Positions 17,164 through 24,133 of a stretch of 43,376 nucleotides of DNA are shown here, one piece after another. This stretch comes from Thermoleophilaceae bacterium (GTDB taxonomy: Bacteria; Actinomycetota; Thermoleophilia; Solirubrobacterales; Thermoleophilaceae), in the NCBI GenBank assembly GCA_013813135.1, contig JACCSF010000088.1, positions 1 through 43,376 of the forward strand, given 5' to 3'. Numbering within the stretch: the first letter of the stretch is position 1; each line of letters starts with the position of its first letter. The notes beneath the pieces were generated by a model, which saw only the letters and a list, made by a program, of their open reading frames with translations, did not search any database and had not been told where the DNA came from. A program made the position numbers and the translations under genes.

Positions 17164-17799
17164 GTGAGCGCGCCGCTAACCAACTCCCCGTGTTCAACAA
17201 CATTTGCCGCGCTCGATCCTGCGGCCGATGTCGTGGAGGTCGCTCGCTCTCGCGTCCCCGGTGGAGACATCCGTGTCGGCTCGGCCGAGGCTCTTCCCTT
17301 CGCCGACGGGGAATTTGATGCCGTCCTGGCCCAGCTCGTCGTCAACCTTGTCGACGATCCGCGGGCGGCGGTCCGGGAGATGGCGCGAGTAGCAAGGTCT
17401 GGAGCCGTGGTCGCTGGCAGCTTCTGGGATGACGAGGAGATGCCACTGCTGCGCTCGTTCTGGAACGCGGCGCGCTTCGCCGCCCCGGCCGAGCTGGCAG
17501 AGGTCAGCCAGCAGGCCCGGGTTGGTCTGGCCGAAGTAGCCGTCCTGTGTCGATGGTGGGAAGGAGCGGGCCTACGCGAGATCGAGCTCGACAAGTTCGA
17601 AGTCCATGCAGACTACGACGGCTTCGATGACCTCTTCTTCTCGTTCGAGGCCGGCATGGGCGAGTCGGGTGCGCTTTATGTGTCCTTGGACGAGAAACAG
17701 AGGGCGGCCCTGCGATCCGAAGCTCATCGGCTCCTCGGCTCACCGGATGGCCCGTTCCGCCTAACCGCCGGCGCCTGGACAGTGCGCGGCGAGCGCTAG
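17164..17799 (+). pseudogene. SAM methyltransferase lacking the N-terminal SAM-binding motif (C-terminal two-thirds)
   Basis: Begins at the post-motif-I region (LDPAADVVEVARSRVPGGDIRVGSAEALPFADGEFDAVLAQLVVNLVDDPRAAVREMARVARSGAVV). No GxGxG motif is present. Confidence 0.55.
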
Positions 17800-17868
17800 C
17801 CAGTCAGTCGCCACCTGGCTCGACCGGCAGCCCGCGGCGCTCCATGCTGAAAGCCGCAACCGCCCAGA

Positions 17869-18159
17869 TCACGAAGCCTCGATGATTCGCAGGTCACGCT
17901 CTGCGCCGTCTCCGAGCGCTCGAAGTGCTCGTTGATACGCGGGGCTCTCGTATGCGGCGACAGCGTCTTCGACACTGTCGAACTCAATTAGGACTGTGCG
18001 CTCCAGAACGCCGGCCTCGAACGCCCTTGCGGGCATCCCCCGTGCCAGGAAATGACCTCCCGACTCACGCATGGCCGGGCCAGCGAGATCGATGTACTCG
18101 GTGAGCTTCTTCGGATCGCGGATTGCACGAAACGTGTTGATCCAGTACGCCTTGGCCAC
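17869..18159 (-). CDS. DUF1330-domain protein
   Basis: VAKAYWINTFRAIRDPKKLTEYIDLAGPAMRESGGHFLARG...LIEFDSVEDAVAAYESPAYQRAL. GTG start with GAAAGGA upstream. Confidence 0.75.
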   Translation of the reverse strand: MAKAYWINTFRAIRDPKKLTEYIDLAGPAMRESGGHFLARGMPARAFEAGVLERTVLIEFDSVEDAVAAYESPAYQRALRALGDGAERDLRIIEAS

Positions 18160-18250
18160 ATCATCCTTTCTAGTCGCTAGCGAGTTAAGCGGGCCATCGC
18201 GCGACAATGGAACCAGACTCCTTGGCAAGCGGCGGCGGTCCACGCGGACA

Positions 18251-18276
18251 AATATTAGATTGAGTACTCTAATTCG
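18251..18276. promoter_or_regulatory. Palindrome copy e (TAGA-N8-TCTA family)
   Basis: aatatTAGAttgagtacTCTAattcg; TAGA 18256..18259, TCTA 18268..18271. Lies in the divergent gap between the DUF1330 and isochorismatase-like genes. Confidence 0.65.
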
Positions 18277-18324
18277 CTGGGCGCGCCGCGCCCGGCGACG
18301 CCTGAACGAGAAAGGAGCCAAAAC

Positions 18325-18819
18325 GTGGGGGTCCGCACTCACGAGGAAACCGAGTGGCAGAGACGAGGCTGGCCACTGATTTTCGTTCGCCATGACTCCG
18401 TGGAAGCCGGCTCTCCGCTTCGGCCGGAGCTGCCCGGAAACGCGTTCAAGCCCGAACTGGACGGTGTCGAGCCCGATCTGCTCGTTGTCAAGCGGACGAA
18501 CTCCTCGTTCTACGGGAAGCCGGACCTGAAGGAGTGGCTCGACAGTCGAGGTCTGCATACGCTCGTGCTCTGCGGGATCAGCACCAATCACTGCGTCGAG
18601 ACGGCGGCACGGATGGGCTCGAACCTGGGCTACGACATACGCTTCGTCCTCGACGCCACCCACGCCTTCGAGCGCACCGGGCCGGACGGGCGGACTCTCA
18701 CTGCCGACGAGCTCGCCCAGGCCACGGCCACCAGCCCGCACGGGGAGTTCGCCCAGATCGTGAGCACGGGTGATCTCCTCGACGCCTCCGGGAGCGGCGC
18801 GGTTTGGCGCGGACGATGA
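18325..18819 (+). CDS. Isochorismatase/cysteine-hydrolase family protein lacking the usual N-terminal segment
   Basis: WPLIFVRHDS...LLVVKRTNSSFYGKPDLKEWLDSRGLHTLVLCGISTNHCVETAARMGSNLGYDIRFVLDAT. GTG start with AAAGGAG 7 nt upstream. No LLVIDxQ-type first strand. Confidence 0.7.
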   Translation: MGVRTHEETEWQRRGWPLIFVRHDSVEAGSPLRPELPGNAFKPELDGVEPDLLVVKRTNSSFYGKPDLKEWLDSRGLHTLVLCGISTNHCVETAARMGSNLGYDIRFVLDATHAFERTGPDGRTLTADELAQATATSPHGEFAQIVSTGDLLDASGSGAVWRGR

Positions 18820-18994
18820 ACGCACGCTGACAATGAGCAAGTGCGCTTCAACGCTCCCATCGCGCGCACTCGCTCATGCATGAGCGCTACCCCGACCAAA
18901 CCCGACCCCCATCCTCCTGAGCATGAGGCCAGCTACGTGACGGCCCGGTCCGAGGGGCCGCGGTGGGTGCGGATCGCGTCGAGCTCGCCCTACA

Positions 18995-19453
18995 ATGAGT
19001 GAGCTGCCGCTGCTGGCGGCTGCTCATCGGATCCTCTACGACGCGAACTGCGGTTTCTGCCGCTGGTCGCTCGGGTGGGTGCTGCGCTGCGATGGTGCAC
19101 GGCGTCTGCGGCCGGTTGCCCTCCAGGAGGCCGAGGCTGAGTGGCTGCTTGCCGGCATGAGCGAGTCGGAGCGGATGGCCGCCTGGCATCTCGTCGACCC
19201 TGGTGGCAGCGTGCACTCCGCCGGGCGTGCCGTGCCGCCGCTGCTCGCCCTACTACTGCCTGGCGCAATGCCTGCGGGCCTGGCTCGCCGGCTGCAGGGG
19301 CCGATCGACCGCGCCTATGGATGGGTAGCCGGAAATCGCGGCGCGCTTGGGCAGCGGCTTCGCCATCAGGCACTCGCTCGCGCCGACGAGCTCATCGCCG
19401 CGCGCCGACTTCAGCGTCCACCGAGAAAACGGGGTCAGCCTCCCATCCGCTAG
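18995..19453 (+). CDS. DCC-family thiol-disulfide oxidoreductase (DUF393)
   Basis: ILYDANCGFCRWSLGWVL, i.e. the YDGxCxxC-type motif. Confidence 0.8.
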   Translation: MSELPLLAAAHRILYDANCGFCRWSLGWVLRCDGARRLRPVALQEAEAEWLLAGMSESERMAAWHLVDPGGSVHSAGRAVPPLLALLLPGAMPAGLARRLQGPIDRAYGWVAGNRGALGQRLRHQALARADELIAARRLQRPPRKRGQPPIR

Positions 19454-19641
19454 ACAGCGCACCACGGGCGCAGCCCCTTGGCCGGCTCTCTATGAGGGTC
19501 CCGAGGATCGTCCGCCGCCGGGGCCATGCGTACGCACCGACAGTCAACTCTCTACCACGAGCCCGCCGCCTACGACAAGGGAGCTGAGGTCCGGCAGGAA
19601 GGCAGCCCTCAGAGTGCCCTCGGTCCGCAAGACCGCGACTC

Positions 19642-20108
19642 CTAACGAGGGTCGAGGATCACAATCGGGATCTTCCGGCCCTTTGCGTTGCGCTGGAAGA
19701 AGAAGTCATATCCGGGATAGAACGCGACGAACTTCGGCCAGAGCCGATCGCGCTCCTCATCGGTTGCGACGCGAGCGCGAACGTCGCGAATCACGGAGCC
19801 GATCTGAAATCGCAGCGTCCGGGTTGGCCTTGACGTTGTGGAACCACGCGGGATGCGTTGGCTGACCACCCTTCGACGCCATCACAGCGACGACGTCGCC
19901 GTTCTCGTGGTACAAGTGCGCTCCTGGCGCCCGTGTGGTCGAGCAGGAGGATCCGCGCCGAGGACCAGCCGGGAAGGTGCCCGCCGAGCTTGCCGCCGGT
20001 GCGCCGGTAAAGAGCCACATGGATCTTCGTCGAGCGCCGGCCGAGGTAAAGGCCGTGCTTGTTGGCGAACTGAGAGCTCGAGGCCGCGATCCGCGCGAGC
20101 AAGGGCAT
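19642..20108 (-). pseudogene. Deazaflavin (F420)-dependent nitroreductase-family protein (DUF385), two frameshifts
   Basis: Three frames carry consecutive blocks. First: MPLLARIAASSSQFANKHGLYLGRRSTKIHVALYRRTGGKLGG...ILLLDHTGARS. Second: HLYHENGDVVAVMASKGGQPTHPAWFHNVKANPDAAI. Third: VRARVATDEERDRLWPKFVAFYPGYDFFFQRNAKGRKIPIVILDPR. Confidence 0.7.
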
Positions 20109-20168
20109 GCCGCTACTCGAATGTCACGCGACGCCGCCACTGATCACAGAGATTCTCTGCACGGAGAG

Positions 20169-20203
20169 GATCATACGTTCCAATTAGATCATACGTTCCA
20201 ATT
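20169..20203. repeat. Tandem direct repeat, 2 x 17 nt with 18-nt period
   Basis: gatcatacgttccaatt (20169..20185), then a, then gatcatacgttccaatt (20187..20203). A/T-rich, in the gap upstream of the nitroreductase pseudogene. Confidence 0.9.
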
Positions 20204-20220
20204 GGGTCTGTCTTGATCGG

Positions 20221-20856
20221 CTAGGGCCGAGAGGATTCGCGGGACTTTTGGAGGGCGACCGAGTTCTGCATTTGCAGGGCTTTCTCATGCGTGGAGCCAA
20301 GAGGCGAGCCGACTGCGACGCCGCCTTGCTTATGCCGTGCTGACGGCGCCAAGGATTGCATCGCCGCGTGGCGCATGCGGGCCGTCTTGCTGTCCGGCTC
20401 GTCAGTGTTCAGCCCGTAGGCCGCAAGCTCGGGCAACGTGACGACTTCGCCGAACCCTGCCCAGTGGCCGTTGGTGATCTGCCGCAGGTGGACCCAGACG
20501 CGGTGGGCCTCGACCATCGTGTTCTCGCTGCCCTCCGCGGCCAGAACCGCCGCGGTGACGCGCTTGACGAGCGTCTCGCGGCCGCGTTCCGCAAGCGGAC
20601 CGAATACTCCCGGCGCGCCTTCGGGGATCGTGACGGTTACGCGGTAGATCGGCTTCGGGTTGATCTGGCCGCCGACGAACACGTCCTGCTCGTTGACGAA
20701 GCACCAGGAAAGCGCCTGCATGTGCGCGACATCCCCGAAGCGGGCGAGGGGCGCGGCCTCGACCTCGAGCGCGATCGTCGACAGCTCGCCGGCGAGTCGC
20801 TGCTTCGTGGCGTCGTCCAACGCCCCTTTTGTGGTTGTGAGTTCGATCATCGGCAC
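20221..20856 (-). CDS. Tautomerase-superfamily protein with a long C-terminal extension
   Basis: A GTG start with GGAGG 7 nt upstream gives M-PMIELTTTKGALDDATKQRLAGELS, with the catalytic Pro right after fMet. The last ~70 aa are low-complexity and not tautomerase-like. Confidence 0.65.
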   Translation of the reverse strand: MPMIELTTTKGALDDATKQRLAGELSTIALEVEAAPLARFGDVAHMQALSWCFVNEQDVFVGGQINPKPIYRVTVTIPEGAPGVFGPLAERGRETLVKRVTAAVLAAEGSENTMVEAHRVWVHLRQITNGHWAGFGEVVTLPELAAYGLNTDEPDSKTARMRHAAMQSLAPSARHKQGGVAVGSPLGSTHEKALQMQNSVALQKSRESSRP

Positions 20857-20931
20857 GACAGGACCTCCGGTGATGGTGTGTTCGTCAATCGTGAGCCACC
20901 GCGGCTCGCTCAGCCGGCCAATAAGATAACA

Positions 20932-20947
20932 TACACGCATGCATGTA
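20932..20947. promoter_or_regulatory. Near-perfect 16-bp palindrome, candidate TetR operator
   Basis: tacacgcatgcatgta (14 of 16 positions symmetric). It overlaps the TetR ATG, in the divergent gap to the tautomerase gene. Confidence 0.45.
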
Positions 20948-21610
20948 GGTACTTCCCATGAGGCAGGAGTTCAGCCGACGACGACCGGATCCGCCGCGCG
21001 CCGCCGCTCAACGCAGGCCGACCGAAGCGCGCGTTCGCGCAGCGCTTTGCTCGAGTCGGCCGCGAGGGGGCTCTCCCGCTATGGCTACGGCAACCTCATC
21101 CTCGAGCGGGTGGCGAGCGAGGCCGGCTACACCCGCGGAGCGCTCTATCACCAGTTCAAGGACAAGGAGGACCTCGCCCTGGCGGTGATCGATTGGGTCG
21201 ACGAGACATGGAGAGAGGAGGTCGGCCCGCTCGTCGACCGAGAGCCCGATCCCGTCGTCGCGCTGATCGCCCTGGCGCGCGGTCACGCCGTCTTCTGCCG
21301 GCGAGACGTCGCCCGCGTGGCGATGGCGCTGAGGCTCGAGTTCAGCGGTCAGGATCACCCTGTCGGGCGTCACCTCAGGCGGGTCTCCGAAAGCCTCGTC
21401 AAGCGCTGCACCCGACTGATCACTGCGGGACGCAGAGCGGGGACGATTCCGGCCGGCCCACCGGCGAGGGTGATCGCGCTCGCGTTCATCGGAGCGATGG
21501 AAGGCGCGGTACTCGAGCTCGCCGGACAGGCGCCGCACGATGAGCTGCTCGCGGCGCGAGCGGCCGCCGGCGCGCTCGGGATCGATCCAGACCAGCCCTC
21601 CATCGCATGA
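20939..21610 (+). CDS. TetR/AcrR-family transcriptional regulator
   Basis: LILERVASEAGYTRGALYHQFKDKEDL HTH block. Confidence 0.85.
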   Translation: MHVGTSHEAGVQPTTTGSAARRRSTQADRSARSRSALLESAARGLSRYGYGNLILERVASEAGYTRGALYHQFKDKEDLALAVIDWVDETWREEVGPLVDREPDPVVALIALARGHAVFCRRDVARVAMALRLEFSGQDHPVGRHLRRVSESLVKRCTRLITAGRRAGTIPAGPPARVIALAFIGAMEGAVLELAGQAPHDELLAARAAAGALGIDPDQPSIA

Positions 21611-21810
21611 GCTCCGAACAGTGCCCACACTTCCCGGCCCTGGCGGATCCACGAGCTCACTTGCGACTTCCGTCTCGAGGACGTGTGGCAACTGCCGGGG
21701 ACCGGCGGCCCGGGCGACTTTCCCAGGCTCGTCCAGGGCTTCGCCTCGGCAAACCCCTCGGAGGGTCCGTTTGGCGCCATGCGCATGCTGTTCGCGATTC
21801 GGTGGCTAAG
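21611..21810 (+). pseudogene. DUF2867-like protein fragment (N-terminal piece, no start codon)
   Basis: Directly after the TetR stop the frame reads APNSAHTSRPWRIHELTCDFRLEDVWQLPGTGGPGDFPRLVQGFASANPSEGPFGAMRMLFAIRW. Similarity ends before the tRNA. Confidence 0.5.
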
Positions 21811-21916
21811 TTCCCGCGGTCTCAGGCGGTATCAAGCAGCACAAGCTAGAGCGCGGAGCGGGCGATCGGTCGACAGCTTATCTCCCTGCAAACGGGCAGA
21901 AATTGCGCTCTTACAG

Positions 21917-22005
21917 CGGAGGGGGAGGGATTCGAACCCTCGGTGCGCCGAAAGACGCACAACGGTTTTCGAGACCGCCCCGTTCAACCGCTCCGGCACC
22001 CCTCC
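21917..22005 (-). tRNA. tRNA-Ser (anticodon CGA), long variable arm, CCA not encoded
   Basis: Minus strand: GGAGGGG acceptor pairs with CCCCTCC. Anticodon loop CTCGAAA. Variable arm GTGCGTCTTTCGGCGCAC. T-arm GAGGGTTCGAATCCCTC. Confidence 0.9.
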
Positions 22006-22038
22006 GAGGCGTTGAATCCTAGAGGCGCGACGGCGAAG

Positions 22039-23657
22039 TCAGCGAGCTGAGCTGACCTCCAGCACCGCGTCCAGCTGCTCGGCCAGTATTGGCCTGGAGA
22101 ACAGGTAGCCCTGGCCGATGTCGCAGCCCAGCTCGCGCAGGGCGTCGGCCTGGTCGGGGGTCTCGATGCCCTCCGCCACCACGCACAGCTTCAGCGCGGG
22201 GCCCATCCCGACGACGGCGGCCACCAGCTCGCGGTCGGTCGTGTTCGCCGCCATGCCGCTCACGAACGAGCGGTCGATCTTCACGATGTCGACCGGCATC
22301 CGCCGCAGCTGCTCCAGCGAGGAGTAGCCGGTGCCGAAGTCGTCGATGGCAACGCGGATGCCCTCGCTGCTCAGATCGCGCAGCGCGCGGAACCCGGTGT
22401 CGCCGTCGGCCATGGCGGTGCTCTCCGTCACCTCGATCGTGAGCGAGTGGGGGTCGATGCACGACTCTCGCACACAGCCCAGCACCGTCGAGACCACATC
22501 CGGGTGCGTCAGCTCGCGGGCGCTCAGGTTCAGGGACAGGTGCAGCTGGGCGGTCTCCGGCCGCGCCTGCCATTCGGCCAGCTGCCGGCAGGTCTCGCCC
22601 ACCACCCAGGCCCCCAGCGGGACGATCAGGCCGGTCTCCTCGGCTACGTGCAGGAACCGCTCGGGCGAGATCAGACCGCGCTTCGGATGCTCCCAGCGCA
22701 CGAGCGCCTCCGCCCCCACCATCTGCCCGGTGGCGAGGTCCACGGCGGGCTGGTAGTGAAGCCGCAGCTCGCCCTGCTCCAGCGCGCGCTGCAGCTCCTG
22801 CTCGATCCGCATGGCCCGCACCGCGTCGTCGCGCATCGCGCTGTCGAACAGCTCGGTGCGCGCACCGCCGCGCTCCTTGGCCCGATACATCGCCGCGTCG
22901 GCGTCCTCGATCAGGTGTTGGCCATCGCCGCTGTCGCTGGCCTCGACCAGTGCCACGCCCACGCTCTCGCAGAGGATCGTGAACTCGTCGCCGCCGAAGC
23001 GCGCGACCGTGTCCTCTGGCCGCACCTCACCGCTCAGCCGCTCCGCAACCTCGAGCAGCACCTCGTCGCCGGCCGAGTGGCCGAGCGAGTCGTTGATGCG
23101 CTTGAAGCGGTCGAGATCGAGGAAGTACACGGCGGTCGCGCATTGCCGTTCGCGGCGGGCAAGCACCTGACGCAGGCGGTCGGCGAACAGGGCGCGGTTG
23201 GCCAGCCCGGTCAACGGGTCTACAGCGCGAGCCGCTCGAGCTTGGTCTCCATGCGCTTGCGGTCCGAGACGTCGAGGAAGACCCCGTAGAAGAGCGGGTC
23301 CACCCCCGTCTGGCGGTCGAACACGACCGTCATCTCGTCGCGGATCCAGACGTCGCGCCCATCGGCGGCGCACAGGCGGTACTCCTGGACGAGCTTCTCG
23401 CCCGACCGGGCGCACTCGGCCTCGTTCGAGACCACGCGCTCCTCGTCGTCGGGATGCAGCAGGCGGTCCCACAGCCCGCGCTCCTCCAGCCACTGGCGGC
23501 GCGGGTAGCCGAGCACGTCCTCGACGGACGGGCTGATGTAGAGGCAGCGCCCCTCGATGCCCGGCTCGAAGATGTACGCAACCGACGGGACCCCTTCGGG
23601 AAGGGGCCCGTAGCGGTTCTCGAGCGCGCGCAGCACCTGCTCGGAATATGGCCGCAC
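22039..23657 (-). pseudogene. PAS-GGDEF-EAL c-di-GMP protein interrupted by a 1-nt deletion at the PAS/GGDEF junction
   Basis: The PAS ORF ends ...KLERLAL-TAG at 23220. The GGDEF-EAL ORF continues in the next frame as VDPLTGLANRALF...ARFGGDEFTIL...EALVRW...DDFGTGYSSL. The observed ctgtagacccg matches LAL-Y/H-DPLTG with one base missing. Confidence 0.8.
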
Positions 23658-23671
23658 GGGGCTCTTATCGG

Positions 23672-24133
23672 CTACTTACGGCGCAAACCGAAGAAATGTC
23701 GCAGCAGCTCCGCGCTCTCGTCGGCGAGCAGGCCGCCCGCGACGTCCGGCCTGTGGTTGAGGCGCTGCTCGCCGAGCACGTCCAGCACGCTCCCCGCCGC
23801 GCCCGCCTTGGGGTCCGCCGCGGCGTAGACGACGCGCGGAACGCGCCCCAGAACGACGGCCCCCGCGCACATCGCGCACGGCTCCAGGGTCACGTACAGC
23901 ACCGTGTCGAGCAGCCGCCAGCCGCCGAGGTGCCCCGACGCCTCGCGCAGGGCGAGGATCTCCGCGTGAGCGGTCGGGTCGCCGCGCAGCTCGCGCTCGT
24001 TGCGGGCCGCCGCGATCACCTCTCCCCCGTAAGCGATCACGCACCCGATCGGCACGTCGTCGTGCTCGAGCGCCCGCTCGGCCTCGCGCAGCGCCAGCCG
24101 CATGTAGTACTCGTCGCGCGGGAAGAAATTCAC
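23672..24133 (-). CDS. tadA: tRNA adenosine(34) deaminase
   Basis: HAEILALREA and TLEPCAMCAGAV zinc motifs; about 150 aa. Confidence 0.9.
   Translation of the reverse strand: MNFFPRDEYYMRLALREAERALEHDDVPIGCVIAYGGEVIAAARNERELRGDPTAHAEILALREASGHLGGWRLLDTVLYVTLEPCAMCAGAVVLGRVPRVVYAAADPKAGAAGSVLDVLGEQRLNHRPDVAGGLLADESAELLRHFFGLRRK

Noticed and set aside
18256-18271. Resemblance of palindrome copy e (TTAGAttgagtacTCTAA) to CIRCE (TTAGCACTC-N9-GAGTGCTAA) or HAIR (CTTGAGT-N7-ACTCAAG) heat-shock operators
   Set aside because: Only a few bases coincide. The spacing and arms differ, the neighbouring genes are not chaperones, and the site fits the six-member TAGA-N8-TCTA family instead.
173-22005. The idea that the tRNA-like fragment at 173..219 and tRNA-Ser at 21917..22005 are the two att repeats of one 22-kb island
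   Set aside because: Orientation fits, but the sequences do not. The T-arm is GCCGGTTCGAGTCGGGC in the fragment and GAGGGTTCGAATCCCTC in the tRNA. The fragment is not a copy of this tRNA 3' end, and no integrase is present.
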